Shown: positions 18,895 to 31,684 of the stretch, in pieces | Layout of the letters: each line of letters begins with the position of its first letter | How positions within the stretch are numbered: the stretch's first letter is position 1 | Assembly: GCA_043807505.1 (NCBI GenBank) | Contig: JAZDFW010000038.1 | Coordinates: 1 to 59,914, forward strand | Direction of reading: 5' to 3' | DNA from: Candidatus Omnitrophota bacterium | GTDB lineage: Bacteria; Omnitrophota; Gorgyraeia; Gygaellales; Profunditerraquicolaceae | Length of the DNA stretch: 59,914 nucleotides | The notes under the pieces: model-generated | What the model saw: only the letters and a program-made list of their open reading frames with translations | The model's database searches: none | What the model was told of the DNA's origin: nothing | Position numbers and translations under genes: made by a program

Positions 18895-19310
18895 TATTTA
18901 TGGATCCTGGTGACAAATTTCGTCCTTAGCGGTAATTTATACGCTGCTAACCTAAAACAATACTTGGCATACTCCTCAGGCACACCACCTAATTCAAATA
19001 AAATCTTTCCTCTTTTTACCACGACAACCCAATGATCAAGATCGCCTTTTCCTTTACCCATACGCACTTCCGCCGGCTTCTTAGTTATAGATTTGTCAGT
19101 GAAAATCCTGATCCATAACTTTCCGCCTTTATGTAACTGACGCGCTAAGACAACGCGCACTGCTTCAATCTGATTATTCTTGATCCATCCGTTTTCTAAT
19201 GATTTGATCCCATACTCGCCAAAAGCTAAATCAGCGCCGGTAGTAGCTACACCCCGCCTATTTCCTTTTTGTAGTTTACGATACTTTACTCTTTTTGGCA
19301 TCATTACCAT
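18894..19310 (-). CDS. rplP: 50S ribosomal protein L16 (start could be any of M1/M3/M4)
   Basis: [12 protein letters not shown] uL16 N-terminus. Confidence 0.9.
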   Translation of the reverse strand: MVMMPKRVKYRKLQKGNRRGVATTGADLAFGEYGIKSLENGWIKNNQIEAVRVVLARQLHKGGKLWIRIFTDKSITKKPAEVRMGKGKGDLDHWVVVVKRGKILFELGGVPEEYAKYCFRLAAYKLPLRTKFVTRIHK

Positions 19311-19322
19311 TGTAATTCCCCT

Positions 19323-19982
19323 TCAGGCCGCGCCTTTAAGCTTATTGATTTTTTCAACTAAAATATCGCCCTTATAAATCCAAACCTTAACACCAATCAA
19401 ACCGTAAGTAGTCAAACTTTCCGTAAAACCGTAATCTATGTCCGCGCGTAATGTATGCAGCGGAATTTTTCCCTGGCGGTATGTCTCAGTCCTGGACATT
19501 TCGGCGCCATTTAACCTGCCCGAACAAGAAACCTTAACTCCTTTTGCGCCGGAGTTTATCGATTGCTCCATCGCGCGTTTCACAGCCCTGCGAAAAGCAA
19601 CTCTTTTTTCTATCTGCAACGCGACATTCTGAGCAACAAGTTGCGCATCCAGGCCGGGATTTTTTACTTCTTCTATATCAATAGCAACTTCTGACTTAGT
19701 TATAGCAAATAGATCTTCACGTAATTTCTCGATATCCGCGCCATGACGGCCAATAATAATTCCCGGCCTGGCAGACAAGATCCGAACCTTTACGCGATCA
19801 GCAAGCCTTTCAATAATAATATTAGAAACAGCCGCGTGTTTAAATTTTAACCTTATATGCTTTCTAAGATTAAAATCTTGTTCGATAAACTTGGGGTAAT
19901 CTTTGTGGCCGGCAAACCAACGGCTATGCCAAGTTCTAATAAAACCAACTCTAAATAAAAACGGATTTACTTTATGGCCCAT
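19323..19982 (-). CDS. rpsC: 30S ribosomal protein S3
   Basis: MGHKVNPFLFRVGFIRTWHSRWF uS3 N-terminus. Confidence 0.95.
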   Translation of the reverse strand: MGHKVNPFLFRVGFIRTWHSRWFAGHKDYPKFIEQDFNLRKHIRLKFKHAAVSNIIIERLADRVKVRILSARPGIIIGRHGADIEKLREDLFAITKSEVAIDIEEVKNPGLDAQLVAQNVALQIEKRVAFRRAVKRAMEQSINSGAKGVKVSCSGRLNGAEMSRTETYRQGKIPLHTLRADIDYGFTESLTTYGLIGVKVWIYKGDILVEKINKLKGAA

Positions 19983-19985
19983 TAA

Positions 19986-20324
19986 TTACTCTCCTGATTT
20001 TATATCTAGTTCTATATTAATATGTGACGTTCTTTTCTTTATTGGCGCTGCCCGGCCAAATGCAGCTGCCTTAAATCTTTTCCAAGTAGGGCCGACATCG
20101 CAAATTATTCGCGATACATACAATTGATTTGGATTAAAACCCTTAATCTTCGCGTTAGCAATCGCCGAATTTAGAATCTTAATTAACGCTTCTTTAGGCC
20201 TTTTATTTAAATTGATAAGTATAGCACGTGCCTCTAACGCGCTTTTATTGCGAATTAAATCCATTACCTGCCTTATCTTTGTAGGCGAAATTCTTACATA
20301 TTTTCCGCTGGCTTTAACTATCAT
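19986..20324 (-). CDS. rplV: 50S ribosomal protein L22
   Basis: uL22 family by sequence and by position in the S10 operon. Confidence 0.9.
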   Translation of the reverse strand: MIVKASGKYVRISPTKIRQVMDLIRNKSALEARAILINLNKRPKEALIKILNSAIANAKIKGFNPNQLYVSRIICDVGPTWKRFKAAAFGRAAPIKKRTSHINIELDIKSGE

Positions 20325-20611
20325 TATGTCTTCTCAACTGCTTTCTTTGCCTTCACGCCGCCGTGTTTTCTAAAAATTCTTGAAGGCGCGAATTCACCAA
20401 GTTTATGGCCTACCATATTCTCAGTGACAAAAACCGGTATGTGCTTATGGCCGTCGTGAACAGCAAAAGTAAATCCGACAAAATCCGGAATTATCGTAGA
20501 TTGCCTAGACCAAGTTTTAATTGCCTGACGTTGGCCTGCGCGCCTGGCCCTATCAACTTTCTTTATTAATTTCTCTTCGACAAACGGACCCTTACTTAAT
20601 GAACGTGGCAT
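20324..20611 (-). CDS. rpsS: 30S ribosomal protein S19
   Basis: [15 protein letters not shown] and [23 protein letters not shown]. Confidence 0.95.
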   Translation of the reverse strand: MPRSLSKGPFVEEKLIKKVDRARRAGQRQAIKTWSRQSTIIPDFVGFTFAVHDGHKHIPVFVTENMVGHKLGEFAPSRIFRKHGGVKAKKAVEKT

Positions 20612-20613
20612 TT

Positions 20614-21447
20614 TTATTTCCTTCTTTTAATAATGAATTTATTTGAATATTTCTTACGATTTCTTGTCCTGTAACCTTTTGTGGGTTGGCCCCAAGGGCT
20701 CACCGGATGCGGATTTCCTTGCCCGGATTTACCTTCACCACCGCCATGAGGATGATCAACTGGATTCATAGCCAAACCTCTTACGGTGGGCCTTATTCCA
20801 AGCCACCTCTTTCTTCCTGCCTTACCGATTGAAATTGCTTCATGTTCAATATTGCCAACTTGGCCTATGGTAGCATGACAATCTAAATTTATTAGCCTTA
20901 TTTCTCCGGAAGGAAGCTTAACATGCGCGTATTCTCCTTCTTTTGACATGATCTGCGCGCTTGTTCCGGCACCCCGGACAATCTGCCCGCCTTTACCTTT
21001 GGCTATTTCAATATTATGAACTAAGGTACCTGACGGAATATACCTTAAGAGCAGGCAATTACCGTTTTTAAATTCTACATCCTTTTGATCTGAAGCAATA
21101 ATCTCATCCCCTACTTTTAATTCTAAGGGCGCTAAAATATATTTTTTTATTCTTCCCGCGTATTCAACCAAAGCGATTCTTGCGGAACGATTCGGGTCAT
21201 ATTCAATGGCGGTTACCTTCGCGGGCTTTTCTAATATATCTCGTTTAAAATCTATAAGGCGCAACATCCGTTTGTGTCCGCCACCCTGATGGCGAGTTGT
21301 AATCCTGCCATAGGCATTTCTCCCGCCGGTCCTCTTAAGAGGAACAATTAAGGATTTTTCCGGTTCTGACTTTGTGATTTCGCTAAAATCCGGGCCACTC
21401 ATCCAGCGTCTTGAAGGTGTTGTTGGTTTAAATTTCTTTAATCCCAT
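20614..21447 (-). CDS. rplB: 50S ribosomal protein L2
   Basis: [15 protein letters not shown] uL2 motif. Confidence 0.95.
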   Translation of the reverse strand: MGLKKFKPTTPSRRWMSGPDFSEITKSEPEKSLIVPLKRTGGRNAYGRITTRHQGGGHKRMLRLIDFKRDILEKPAKVTAIEYDPNRSARIALVEYAGRIKKYILAPLELKVGDEIIASDQKDVEFKNGNCLLLRYIPSGTLVHNIEIAKGKGGQIVRGAGTSAQIMSKEGEYAHVKLPSGEIRLINLDCHATIGQVGNIEHEAISIGKAGRKRWLGIRPTVRGLAMNPVDHPHGGGEGKSGQGNPHPVSPWGQPTKGYRTRNRKKYSNKFIIKRRK

Positions 21448-21458
21448 TTATTTTTTCC

Positions 21459-21737
21459 TTATGCTGTTATATTGATTGCCTGATCCGGTTTTAAGGTAAC
21501 TACGGCCTTTTTTGTATCGGGAGTCTTGCCCAGCTGATACCTGACTTTTTTTAATTTCCCTGGCGCTATAAAAGTGTTAACGTTAGCGACCTTAACTCTA
21601 TATATCTCTTCCACCGCGCGCTTAATCTGAATCTTATTCGCAAATTTTTCAACCAGAAAAAGATACTTCCTCTGCGGCTGAGCCAACGATGATTTTTCTG
21701 TCCTAAGCAGAGTCTTAATTATTCCGTATGAGTCCAT
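21459..21737 (-). CDS. rplW: 50S ribosomal protein L23
   Basis: uL23 family by sequence and by position. Confidence 0.9.
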   Translation of the reverse strand: MDSYGIIKTLLRTEKSSLAQPQRKYLFLVEKFANKIQIKRAVEEIYRVKVANVNTFIAPGKLKKVRYQLGKTPDTKKAVVTLKPDQAINITA

Positions 21738-22390
21738 TATTTTAACCTTTTCACTAAAGCAGCGAGGCCATTTTTAGTAATTACTAACTTTTGACAATTT
21801 AGCACTTCATAAACATTGGTATCGCTTGCCTGATTAATATTCAACGATTCGATATTACGCAATGCCAGCCTTAATTTATTATCTATTTTCTCAAGTAATA
21901 AAAGTTTCTTACAGGCCTTCTTCTTTTTAGTATCTAATTTTAAATTAAGCAATAATTTAGCCGCTTCTTTTGTTTTAGGATTTTCTAATTTTAAATCCTC
22001 AAGCACAATAAAGTTGTTTTCTTTGACCTTTGCGTTAAGCGTAGATTTTAATGCTAAATTTTTTATTTTTTTTGGCAACCTAATAGAAAAATCGCGCGGG
22101 TGAGGCCCAAATGTCACACCGCCGTGGCGCCATAAAGGAGAACGTATTGATCCGTGCCTTGCGCGGCCGGTACCTTTTTGCTTCCATGGTTTTTTACCGC
22201 CGCCTGAAACCTCACCTCGGGTTTTTGTCGCGGCAAACCCTTTTCTTTGGTTAGCCTGATACGCATTAACCGCCTGATAAATAGCAGCTTCGTTAATTGT
22301 GCCGTCAAAAACAGACACGTCCAATTCTATTGTTTCTATTTCTTTGCCCTCTATATTAAATAATGGTAATTTAATCGCCTGTGTATTCAT
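21737..22390 (-). CDS. rplD: 50S ribosomal protein L4
   Basis: KPWKQKGTGRARHGSIRSPLWRHGGVTFGP uL4 motif. Confidence 0.95.
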   Translation of the reverse strand: MNTQAIKLPLFNIEGKEIETIELDVSVFDGTINEAAIYQAVNAYQANQRKGFAATKTRGEVSGGGKKPWKQKGTGRARHGSIRSPLWRHGGVTFGPHPRDFSIRLPKKIKNLALKSTLNAKVKENNFIVLEDLKLENPKTKEAAKLLLNLKLDTKKKKACKKLLLLEKIDNKLRLALRNIESLNINQASDTNVYEVLNCQKLVITKNGLAALVKRLK

Positions 22391-23001
22391 TATTTTTTCT
22401 TCTTTGCTTTTTTAACGATTAAATAACTGTTTTTGTATCCCGGTACCGAACCTCGAACCAGTAACAAATTATTTTCCATATCTATTTTTACAACCTTTAA
22501 ATTCTGCGTTGTAACCTGGCCTGCTCCCATATGGCCAGGCATGTGGTGGCCCCTAAAAACCCTGCCGGGCGTAGTAGTCGAACCAATGGAACCGACACGG
22601 CGATGTGACGTTGAGCCATGCGTCATCGGCCCGCCTTGCCAATGCCAACGCTTCATACCGCCTTGAAAACCTTTACCCAGAGAAATACCGCTGACATCTA
22701 CAAAATCGCCTACTTTAAATATGCTTACTTTTAATTCCTCTCCTACCTTATATTCAAGTGACGCGTCTTTGGAAATTTCCCTGATATACTTACGGGGAGA
22801 AATGTTTAATTTTTTGAATATTCCGGCAATAGGCTTTTTTAGTTTTTTTTCGGCAATTAAATCAAAACCTAATTGGACATTTTTATCTTTTACAGCTAAG
22901 ATAGCGCAAGGCCCCGCTTCTATAGCAGTAACGTTTACGGCCTTTCCGTCTTCGCTGAAAATACTAGTCATACCAATTTTTTTACCTAATAATCCTATCA
23001 T
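22390..23001 (-). CDS. rplC: 50S ribosomal protein L3
   Basis: MIGLLGKKIGMTSIF and FQGGMKRWHWQGG. Confidence 0.95.
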   Translation of the reverse strand: MIGLLGKKIGMTSIFSEDGKAVNVTAIEAGPCAILAVKDKNVQLGFDLIAEKKLKKPIAGIFKKLNISPRKYIREISKDASLEYKVGEELKVSIFKVGDFVDVSGISLGKGFQGGMKRWHWQGGPMTHGSTSHRRVGSIGSTTTPGRVFRGHHMPGHMGAGQVTTQNLKVVKIDMENNLLLVRGSVPGYKNSYLIVKKAKKKK

Positions 23002-23024
23002 TTTTTCCTTAAGGGTATTTAAGT

Positions 23025-23324
23025 TTATTTTATTTCGACATCCACACCTGCGGGCAAATTCAGTTTCCTGAGCGCGTCGATTGTCTTTGACGTAGGTTCA
23101 AATATATCGATAAGCCGTTTGTGCGTGGATAAATCAAATTGTTCGCGAGATTTCTTATCAATCACCGGTGAACGCAGGACAGTATAGATTTCCCTTTTCG
23201 TAGGAAGAGGTACCGGCCCGGATATATTGGCACCGGTACGCCTTACTGTTTCTACGATTTCTCCCACCGCTTGATCCAACAGGCGATGATCATATGCTCT
23301 TAGTTTTATACGTATTTTTTGCAT
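23025..23324 (-). CDS. rpsJ: 30S ribosomal protein S10
   Basis: [15 protein letters not shown] uS10 N-terminus. Confidence 0.95.
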   Translation of the reverse strand: MQKIRIKLRAYDHRLLDQAVGEIVETVRRTGANISGPVPLPTKREIYTVLRSPVIDKKSREQFDLSTHKRLIDIFEPTSKTIDALRKLNLPAGVDVEIK

Positions 23325-23329
23325 TATTA

Positions 23330-24532
23330 TTAAGCTATAACTTCTGTTACGACACCCGCGCCTACTGTATGGCCGCCTTCACGAATGGCAAAACGGGATT
23401 CTTTTTCCATGGCAATAGGTATAATTAACTCAACGTCTAAATTAATATTGTCGCCGGGCATAACCATTTCTGTGCCTTCCGGTAAAGTCACTGCTCCGGT
23501 AACATCGGTAGTCCTAAAATAGAATTGCGGCCTATAACCCTTAAAAAACGGGGTATGCCTTCCGCCTTCTTCTTTGGTCAAAATATAGATTTGCGCTTTA
23601 AACTTGGTATGCGGCGTAATGGACTTAGGCGCCGCAATAACCATACCGCGCTCAATTTCACTTTTATCTACGCCTCTTAAAAGTAAACCAACATTGTCGC
23701 CGGCTCGTCCTTCGTCAAGAAGTTTACGGAACATTTCAATGCCGGTAACAACTGATTTTTTTACTTCGGGCCTTAAACCGATAATTTCAACTTCCTCATT
23801 GATTTTAACCTTTCCGCGTTCGATTCTACCAGTACCAACCGTTCCTCTACCCTCGATAGTAAATACATCTTCAACTGCCATCAAAAAAGGTTTATCTAAT
23901 TCTCTGGCGGGTTCCGGTATAAACTCATCGCAAGCCTTCAGCAACTCTAAGATTGGTTTAGCATCTTCGCTATTGGCATCTTGTGTTTTCATTGCCTTCA
24001 AGGCGCTTCCCTTAATTATCGGGGTCTTATCACCAGGGAAGCCGTATTTTGTCAAAAGGTCTCTGACTTCCATCTCAACTAAATCAATTAATTCTTTATC
24101 TTGAACAATGTCAACTTTATTTAAAAATACAACCATTGACGGGACATTAACCTGTCTTGCCAAAAGAATGTGCTCTCTAGTCTGAGGCATAGGGCCGTCA
24201 ACTGCGGAAACAACAAGTATTGCTCCGTCCATCTGCGCCGCGCCGGTGATCATGTTTTTAATGTAATCAGCATGGCCAGGACAATCTATATGCGCATAAT
24301 GACGATTATCTGTTTCGTATTCAACGTGGGCAACCGAGATGGTAACAATTTTTGTTTCATCTCTTACGGTACCGCCTTTTGCGATATCAGCGTATTGCCT
24401 TTCAGTGGCCTTACCCATTTTTGCTAATATGTGCGTAATAGCGGCAGTTAAGCATGTTTTACCGTGATCAATGTGACCAATAGTTCCGATGTTTACGTGC
24501 GGCTTACTCCTTACAAACTTTTCCTTAGCCAT
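23330..24532 (-). CDS. tuf: elongation factor Tu
   Basis: [16 protein letters not shown] and NKVD GTPase motifs. 400 aa. Confidence 0.97.
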   Translation of the reverse strand: MAKEKFVRSKPHVNIGTIGHIDHGKTCLTAAITHILAKMGKATERQYADIAKGGTVRDETKIVTISVAHVEYETDNRHYAHIDCPGHADYIKNMITGAAQMDGAILVVSAVDGPMPQTREHILLARQVNVPSMVVFLNKVDIVQDKELIDLVEMEVRDLLTKYGFPGDKTPIIKGSALKAMKTQDANSEDAKPILELLKACDEFIPEPARELDKPFLMAVEDVFTIEGRGTVGTGRIERGKVKINEEVEIIGLRPEVKKSVVTGIEMFRKLLDEGRAGDNVGLLLRGVDKSEIERGMVIAAPKSITPHTKFKAQIYILTKEEGGRHTPFFKGYRPQFYFRTTDVTGAVTLPEGTEMVMPGDNINLDVELIIPIAMEKESRFAIREGGHTVGAGVVTEVIA

Positions 24533-24568
24533 TAGTCCACCTCCCTATTTAATAATGATTGTTTAAAA

Positions 24569-26662
24569 TCATCTTCTCGCTCCCGTAGTCGAAAAACCAG
24601 ATACAATTTTTTCTGCTATATGTGTTGGCACCTCTAAATAATAAGAGGGCTCCATTGTATAGGAAGCACGGCCTTGAGATAAAGAACGCATAACCGTCGC
24701 ATAATTAAAAATTTCCGCTAGCGGAATAAATACTCTGATAGCACGAACATTGGCGCGTGAATTAATCGCGTTGATTTTGGCGCGACGAGCGCTTAAGTCT
24801 CCGATGATTGCCCCCATAAATTCCTCAGGAGTTATAACTTCCATATCCATAATCGGTTCCAATAAAATCGGGTTTCCTTTTCTTAAGCCATCGTTAAGCG
24901 CGATGCCCGCGGCCATTTTAAATGCCAACTCTGAAGAATCTACATCGTGAAACGAACCGTCAACTAATGTCACTTTGATATCCGTAACCGGATAACCTGC
25001 CAATACGCCGGACTTGGAAGTATCCATAATTCCTTGTTTGATAGAAGGAATAAATTCCTGAGGAATCGCGCCGCCTTTAATTTTATTTTCAAAAGTAATT
25101 CCAGTACCGGGGGTTTCCTGAGGCTCCATCTCAATGACGCAATGGCCATACTGGCCACGACCGCCGCTCTGTTGAATAAATTTACCGGAAGAACTAACTT
25201 TCTTTTTAATGGTTTCCCGATAAGCTACCTGCGGAAAACCTACCTGTACCCCTACGTTAAATTCCCTTAAAAGCCGATCGACAATTATTTCCAAATGCAG
25301 CTCCCCCATCCCGGAAATAATGGTTTGTCCGGTTTCATGATTATAAGTTACACGAAATGAGGGATCCTCATCTGCTAATTTATGTAAAGCCATCCCTAAT
25401 TTTTCTGACTCATCTTTGCTGCTTGTCTCGATTGCCTGCTGGATTACCGGTTCCGGAAAACGCATTGCCTCAATTAAAATTTGATTATTTTCCATACAGA
25501 GAGTATCCCCGGTTTTTGTTTCTTTCAAACCAACAGCAGCAGCGATATCTCCGGTTGAAACACTTTCAATAATTTCTTGATGATTAGCATGCATACGCAC
25601 TAATTTTGTTACACGCTCTCTGGTTCTTTTACTAACATTATAAACATATGTGCCTGCGGCCAAGGTTCCTGAATAAACCCTGATATAATTTAACTTTCCT
25701 ACATAAGGATCGGTAGCGACTTTAAAACTTAACGCGCAAAAGGGAGCATCGTCGGAAGCGGTAATTTCCTCAAATTCACCAGTATCAGGATCTGTCCCCT
25801 TAATCGCGGCCAAATCCGAAGGCGCGGGTAAATAATCAACAACCGCGTCTAAAACCAATTGTATCCCCTTATTTTTAAACGATGCCCCGCACAATACAGG
25901 AACAAATTTATTGGCAATACAAGTCGAACGTATTTTTTTCTTTAACTCTTGGGTTGTAACTTCTTTGCCGTGTAAATACTTATCCAAAATTTCATCATCA
26001 GCCTCGGCTAATTTTTCTATTAATACATGGCGATATTTTTCGACAGCCGCTGCCAATTCAACAGGGACATCTGTTATTTCAATATCTGTTCCTAAATCAT
26101 CTTTATATACATGAAGTTTTTTTTCAACTATGTCAACAATGCCCTTAAAATTTTCTTCTGTGCCATATGGTATCTGGATTGCCGCGGCATTAGTGCCTAA
26201 TTTATGGTGCATTTCTTCAATTGTCTCAAAAAATTTTGCGCCGGTTCTATCCATCTTATTAATATACGCCAAACGCGGTACACCATAGCGGTCAGCTTGG
26301 CGCCAAACAGTCTCTGATTGAGGCTCAACACCGCCAACACTGCAGAATACAACTACCGCGCCGTCTAATACCTTTAAAGATCTTTCTACTTCAATAGTAA
26401 AATCTACATGGCCGGGCGTATCAATTATATTAATAGTACAATCTTTCCAAAGACATGTAGTAGCAGCAGCGGTGATCGTAATGCCCCTCTCCTGCTCCTG
26501 AACCATCCAATCCATGACAGCAGTGCCCTCATGCACCTCTCCTAATTTATAAGATTTACCGCAATAAAAAAGTATACGCTCAGTAGTAGTAGTTTTACCG
26601 GCATCGATGTGAGCGATAATTCCGATATTCCTTAATTTGTCTATTCCGATTTTTCTTGCCAT
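24569..26662 (-). CDS. fusA: elongation factor G (start at [15 protein letters not shown])
   Basis: [17 protein letters not shown] and NKMD motifs. The 18-aa upstream extension in the ORF track is judged spurious. Confidence 0.93.
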   Translation of the reverse strand: MARKIGIDKLRNIGIIAHIDAGKTTTTERILFYCGKSYKLGEVHEGTAVMDWMVQEQERGITITAAATTCLWKDCTINIIDTPGHVDFTIEVERSLKVLDGAVVVFCSVGGVEPQSETVWRQADRYGVPRLAYINKMDRTGAKFFETIEEMHHKLGTNAAAIQIPYGTEENFKGIVDIVEKKLHVYKDDLGTDIEITDVPVELAAAVEKYRHVLIEKLAEADDEILDKYLHGKEVTTQELKKKIRSTCIANKFVPVLCGASFKNKGIQLVLDAVVDYLPAPSDLAAIKGTDPDTGEFEEITASDDAPFCALSFKVATDPYVGKLNYIRVYSGTLAAGTYVYNVSKRTRERVTKLVRMHANHQEIIESVSTGDIAAAVGLKETKTGDTLCMENNQILIEAMRFPEPVIQQAIETSSKDESEKLGMALHKLADEDPSFRVTYNHETGQTIISGMGELHLEIIVDRLLREFNVGVQVGFPQVAYRETIKKKVSSSGKFIQQSGGRGQYGHCVIEMEPQETPGTGITFENKIKGGAIPQEFIPSIKQGIMDTSKSGVLAGYPVTDIKVTLVDGSFHDVDSSELAFKMAAGIALNDGLRKGNPILLEPIMDMEVITPEEFMGAIIGDLSARRAKINAINSRANVRAIRVFIPLAEIFNYATVMRSLSQGRASYTMEPSYYLEVPTHIAEKIVSGFSTTGARR

Positions 26663-26765
26663 TTTCTCTCTAATTTCCTTTATCCTAAAGCCTTTACTCT
26701 CAACGTATAAAACCAACAGTCTACTCCAAAATTTATGCTTTGTCCAGTATTTTCTTTACCTGTGT

Positions 26766-27236
26766 TTACCATCTAAAATGCGCAAAGGCCTTGTTAGCTT
26801 CAGCCATCTTATGCGTATCATCTCTTTTCTTTATCGCTGAACCTTCTCCTTTATAGGCGCTAATAATCTCTTCAGCTAATTTCTCTTTCATTGATTTGCC
26901 CTTTTTGTTCTTAGCGAAATCCCTAATCCAGCGTAAAGAAATTGAAGTACCGCGATCTTGCCTTACCTCAATTGGCACCTGATACGTTGCGCCTCCAACC
27001 CGGCGAGGTTTCACTTCTAACTTGGGCCTGACATTGTCGATTGCCTTGTAAAAAATTTTTAAAATGTCTGCTTCATTCAGTTGTTTTTTTACAATATCGA
27101 ATGAGCCATAAACCATTTTTTCAGCAATGGACTTTTTCCCCTGAAGCATTACCATATTAATAAATTTTCCAACAATTTTCGAATTAAATATCGGATCTGC
27201 TAAAACTTCTTTTGCCTGCGCGCTTCTTCTTCTCAT
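26766..27236 (-). CDS. rpsG: 30S ribosomal protein S7 (start at MRRRSAQAKE)
   Basis: uS7 N-terminus pattern and the terminal AFAHFRW. The longer ORF would overlap rpsL by 23 nt. Confidence 0.92.
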   Translation of the reverse strand: MRRRSAQAKEVLADPIFNSKIVGKFINMVMLQGKKSIAEKMVYGSFDIVKKQLNEADILKIFYKAIDNVRPKLEVKPRRVGGATYQVPIEVRQDRGTSISLRWIRDFAKNKKGKSMKEKLAEEIISAYKGEGSAIKKRDDTHKMAEANKAFAHFRW

Positions 27237-27252
27237 TTTGTTAATTAACCCC

Positions 27253-27624
27253 CTATTTTGGCCTTTTCGCTCCATATTTGGAACGAGATTTCTTACGCTG
27301 GTTTACTCCTGCCGCATCAAGCGTACCACGAACAATATGATATCTGACTCCGGGTAAATCTTTTACACGGCCGCCTCTGACTAAAACTATAGAGTGTTCC
27401 TGAAGATTATGCCCCTCACCCGGAATATAAGCAGTAACTTCAACTCCGGTAGTAAGCCGGACTCTGGCGATTTTTCTTAAGGCAGAGTTTGGTTTCTTAG
27501 GCGTCATCGTGCGCACTTGCAGGCAAACTCCTCTTCTCTGAGGACAGCCCTTTAACGCGGGTGATTTTGTCTTTTTCTTTTTTGATATCCTACCTAATCT
27601 GATTAACTGTTGAATTGTTGGCAT
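27253..27624 (-). CDS. rpsL: 30S ribosomal protein S12
   Basis: MPTIQQLIR...KKPNSALRK uS12 motifs. Confidence 0.97.
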   Translation of the reverse strand: MPTIQQLIRLGRISKKKKTKSPALKGCPQRRGVCLQVRTMTPKKPNSALRKIARVRLTTGVEVTAYIPGEGHNLQEHSIVLVRGGRVKDLPGVRYHIVRGTLDAAGVNQRKKSRSKYGAKRPK

Positions 27625-27628
27625 ACTT

Positions 27629-30600
27629 TTATACCTTTACTTTCTCTATAGCAACTCGTTCTTTCTCTAACTGCTCTCTTTTTTCTTGAGCAAGCTTAAC
27701 TACTTCAATCTCTCTATGTGTTTTGAAGCCGGTTCCGGAAGGGATCAAATGACCGACGATAACATTCTCTTTTAATCCAAATAACTCATCTTGTTTTCCT
27801 GACGCTGCGGCATCGGTTAAAACACGCGTAGTCTCCTGGAAACTTGCCGCGGAAATAAAACTTTCGGTAGTTAAAGAGGCTTTTGTAATACCTAAAAGTA
27901 AAGGCGTAGCTAAGGCCGGTTTTTCGCCTTTTTTAATCACGCGGGCGTTTTCCTTCTGGAATTTCCACTTATCTATTTGCTGAGTGGCCAAAAAATCAGT
28001 ATCTCCCGAATCCTCTATTCTAACCTTCTTTAACATTTGCCTAATAATTACTTCAATGTGCTTGTCATTTATATGTACACCTTGAAGCCTGTAAACTTCT
28101 TGAACTTCATTAACAAGGTATTCTTGTAAAACCTTATCGCCGGAAACTCTTAATATGTCCTGCAAAACTACAGGCCCATCGGTTAATTGCTGGCCAGCCA
28201 ATACTTTATCACCTTTGTAAACATTAGGATGCTTACCGTGAGGAATTACATATTCTCTTAGCATATCCGTTGAAGAACGCACAATAATCACGCGTTGGCC
28301 TTTCTTGGATTCACCAAATTCCACAAAACCGTCTATTTCGCTGATTACCGCGGGATCCTTTGGGCGCCTGGCTTCAAATAACTCAGCAACACGAGGAAGG
28401 CCGCCGGTAATATCTCTTGTTTTCGTAACCAAACGCGGTATTTTAGCTAAAAGATCCCCTGCGGACGCAGTCTGGCCATCTTTAAGTAAAATATGGGAGC
28501 CTATCGGAATAGGATAAATTCCTAAGACTTCATGCTTGTCATCTAAAATTAATATTTGAGGATGATACTCTGTTTTATGTTCTACAACGACACGTTCGGT
28601 TAATTTTGTTACTGGATTTAATTCATCCCTTAAAGTTACACCTTCTTTTAAATCTTCATACTTTACTTGGCCGCCGACTTCAGTTAAAACCGGGATAGTA
28701 TAAGGATCCCAGCGGACAAACATTATGCCTTTTATAATTTCTTCTTCATCTTTAATACTAATAAATGAGCCTTGCGGCACCGTGTAACGCTCAAGCTCTC
28801 TACCTTGTTTATCATTTATACTGATAGACCCGTTTCTGTTTAAAACAATAAATTCTTTGTTTTTGGTAGTAACCCTTAAACTGTGATATTTGACAATACC
28901 CTTATTTTTTGATTTAACAAATGACTGCGCGACTATACGTGAAGCTGTACCACCGATATGAAAAGTCCTCATGGTTAACTGTGTGCCGGGTTCACCAATG
29001 GACTGAGCAGCAATTACACCAACCGCCTCCCCCAATTCTACCAGCCTTCCCGTAGCAAGATTTCTTCCGTAACACTTAGAACAAACACCCCTGCCTGTTT
29101 CACAAGTAAGAACGCTGCGGATACGAATTCTTTCTATGCCAAGCTGTTCGATCATATCAGCTTTTTCAATGGTTATTTCTTCACCTGAAGCGACAATGAT
29201 CTTATCAGTAATAATGTCTACTACATTATCCAACGCGACACGGCCAACAATACGGTCTTTTAGGCTTACCACAACTTCATCGCCTTCAATAATCGCGGCT
29301 ACTGTAATGCCATTTAAAGTCCCGCAATCAACTTCCGTAGTAATGACTTCCTGAGCAACATCTACAAGCCTACGGGTCAGATAACCCGCGTCGGCGGTTT
29401 TTAACGCTGTATCAGCCAAACCTTTACGCGCGCCGTGAGTTGAAATGAAGTATTCTAAAACGGTTAAACCTTCTCTAAAGTTAGCGGTAATCGGGCTTTC
29501 AATAATCTCACCTGAAGGTTTTGCCATCAGCCCACGCATACCGGCTAACTGTCTAACCTGCAGACGGGATCCGCGCGCGCCTGAATCAGCCATCATAAAT
29601 ATAGGATTAAAAGACTCCATGCCTTTGAATAAAAGATCGGAAATCTTATCTGTGGTGTGAGTCCAGATATCAATGATCTTACTTTTTCTTTCACTGTCAG
29701 TAATAATACCTTTACGGTATTGGTCCTCAACCTTGGCAACCTCGGCTTTTGATTCTTTTAATACTTCTGGTTTTTCCTCGGGAATTTTTAGATCGTCTAT
29801 ACCGATAGAAATTCCGCCTAAGGTGCCAAATTCAAAGCCTATTTTCTTTATATCATCTAAGAGCTGGATGGTACGTTGATGCCCGAATCTTTTATAACAC
29901 TCGGTTACAATATCTCCGACTTTACTTTTGTTTAATTCCCTATTCACAAAACCAAACCCTGCGGGCAATACCTGATTGAAAATAACTTTTCCAACCGTTG
30001 TAGCAATCATTTGCTTTTCGTTAATAAATCTGAGATCGTCTATATCGAATACACTATCAACCCTTAATTTGATTTTAGCGTGCAATTCTACTATCTTGTC
30101 ATCGTAAGCAATAACAACCTCATCGCCATTAGAAAATATTTTATTCTCACCGCGGGCGCCTGCTTTTTCTTTTGAGAGATAGTTAACGCCAAGAATAATA
30201 TCTTGAGTCGGTGTGATGATAGGCCTTCCGTCTGCGGGCGAGAAAACATTATTAATAGAAAGCATTAAAATTTTCGCTTCAATTTGCGATTCTAAAGACA
30301 AAGGCACGTGCACTGCCATCTGGTCACCGTCAAAATCGGCATTAAAGGCAGTACAAACCAAAGGATGAATCTTTATGGCTTTACCTTCAATCAAAACCGG
30401 TTGGAATGCCTGAATGCCCAAACGGTGTAATGTAGGCGCACGGTTTAATAACACCGGATGGTCCTTAATCACTTCGTCCAAGATGTCCCAAACTTCAATC
30501 TTACCGCGCTCTACCATTCTACGCGCGCCTTTTATCGTATGCACAAAACCTTTTTCTCTTAATTTCTTAATGATAAACGGCTCAAACAATTCTAATGCCA

Positions 30601-31684
30601 TTTGTTTAGGTAAACCGCATTCGTGTAATTTCAAATCAGGGCCAACGACAATGACGGAACGGCCGGAATAATCAACGCGTTTACCTAATAAATTCTGCCT
30701 AAATCTTCCTTGTTTACCTTTAAGCATATCGGAAAGTGATTTTAAAGGCCTGTTATTGGCGCCCATTACCGGCCGGCCATGCCTGCCATTATCCAAAAGC
30801 GCGTCCACTGCTTCCTGTAACATGCGCTTTTCATTACGGATAATTATTTCCGGGGCATTGAGATCGATTAATTTCTTTAAACGGTTATTACGGTTGATCA
30901 CTCTACGGTATAAATCATTAAGGTCAGACGTAGCAAACCTTCCGCCATCAAGCGGAACTAAAGGCCTTAGATCGGGGGGGATAACCGGTACGATTTCTAG
31001 AATCATCCATTCAGGCTTATTGCCTGATTTCTTAAAATCTTCGACAATCTTCAAGTATTTCAAGACTTTACGATTATTCAACGCCTCTTTTGATTTTTCC
31101 ATGCTTTTACGAAGAGAACGGCAATATGTATCAATATCCAATTCTTTCAATAAATCCTTGACTGCTTCGGCGCCGATTTTTGCCTTGAATGCCGCGCCAT
31201 ATTTATTGAGGGCTTCTTGGTATTTCTCTTCGCTCAACAGTTCTTTTTTCTTCAAAGGCGAAGTACCCGGGTCAATTACTACATATTCCTCGTAATAAAT
31301 TATTTTTTCTAAATCTCTTAAGCCGATATCTAATAACGCGGAGAGCCTGGATGGAACCGCCTTAAAGAACCAAATATGTGTTACCGGAGCAGCTAATTCA
31401 ATATGGCCCATGCGTTCACGCCTCACCGAAGAACGATCAACAGTTACGCCGCAACGATCACAGGTAATACCTTTAAATTTTATTCCTTTATATTTACCGC
31501 AGTTACATTCCCAGTCACGCACCGGGCCAAAAATCTTTTCGCAAAATAAACCATCTTTTTCCGGTTTCAGAGTGCGATAATTTATAGTTTCTGCTTTTCT
31601 CACTTCACCCTTGGACCAGCTCTTAATTATCTGTTGAGAAGCGATCTTTATGGTAATATGGTCAAAAAGAGTTATCTCTTCCAT
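27629..31684 (-). CDS. rpoC: DNA-directed RNA polymerase subunit beta-prime
   Basis: 1351 aa with the NADFDGDQM catalytic motif and an N-terminal Zn cluster CNCGKY...CDRCG. Confidence 0.97.
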   Translation of the reverse strand: MEEITLFDHITIKIASQQIIKSWSKGEVRKAETINYRTLKPEKDGLFCEKIFGPVRDWECNCGKYKGIKFKGITCDRCGVTVDRSSVRRERMGHIELAAPVTHIWFFKAVPSRLSALLDIGLRDLEKIIYYEEYVVIDPGTSPLKKKELLSEEKYQEALNKYGAAFKAKIGAEAVKDLLKELDIDTYCRSLRKSMEKSKEALNNRKVLKYLKIVEDFKKSGNKPEWMILEIVPVIPPDLRPLVPLDGGRFATSDLNDLYRRVINRNNRLKKLIDLNAPEIIIRNEKRMLQEAVDALLDNGRHGRPVMGANNRPLKSLSDMLKGKQGRFRQNLLGKRVDYSGRSVIVVGPDLKLHECGLPKQMALELFEPFIIKKLREKGFVHTIKGARRMVERGKIEVWDILDEVIKDHPVLLNRAPTLHRLGIQAFQPVLIEGKAIKIHPLVCTAFNADFDGDQMAVHVPLSLESQIEAKILMLSINNVFSPADGRPIITPTQDIILGVNYLSKEKAGARGENKIFSNGDEVVIAYDDKIVELHAKIKLRVDSVFDIDDLRFINEKQMIATTVGKVIFNQVLPAGFGFVNRELNKSKVGDIVTECYKRFGHQRTIQLLDDIKKIGFEFGTLGGISIGIDDLKIPEEKPEVLKESKAEVAKVEDQYRKGIITDSERKSKIIDIWTHTTDKISDLLFKGMESFNPIFMMADSGARGSRLQVRQLAGMRGLMAKPSGEIIESPITANFREGLTVLEYFISTHGARKGLADTALKTADAGYLTRRLVDVAQEVITTEVDCGTLNGITVAAIIEGDEVVVSLKDRIVGRVALDNVVDIITDKIIVASGEEITIEKADMIEQLGIERIRIRSVLTCETGRGVCSKCYGRNLATGRLVELGEAVGVIAAQSIGEPGTQLTMRTFHIGGTASRIVAQSFVKSKNKGIVKYHSLRVTTKNKEFIVLNRNGSISINDKQGRELERYTVPQGSFISIKDEEEIIKGIMFVRWDPYTIPVLTEVGGQVKYEDLKEGVTLRDELNPVTKLTERVVVEHKTEYHPQILILDDKHEVLGIYPIPIGSHILLKDGQTASAGDLLAKIPRLVTKTRDITGGLPRVAELFEARRPKDPAVISEIDGFVEFGESKKGQRVIIVRSSTDMLREYVIPHGKHPNVYKGDKVLAGQQLTDGPVVLQDILRVSGDKVLQEYLVNEVQEVYRLQGVHINDKHIEVIIRQMLKKVRIEDSGDTDFLATQQIDKWKFQKENARVIKKGEKPALATPLLLGITKASLTTESFISAASFQETTRVLTDAAASGKQDELFGLKENVIVGHLIPSGTGFKTHREIEVVKLAQEKREQLEKERVAIEKVKV

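Noticed and set aside
26663-26765. 103-nt rpsG-fusA spacer as a possible regulatory RNA
   Set aside because: I could not find convincing stems or similarity to the repeat families. It is AT-rich and unstructured by eye.
30756-31295. 179-aa + strand ORF (with similar ones at 23604-24104, 33149-33568 and 1282-1740)
   Set aside because: All are antisense to strongly supported core genes (rpoC, tuf, rpoB, lpd) and are typical long shadow frames.
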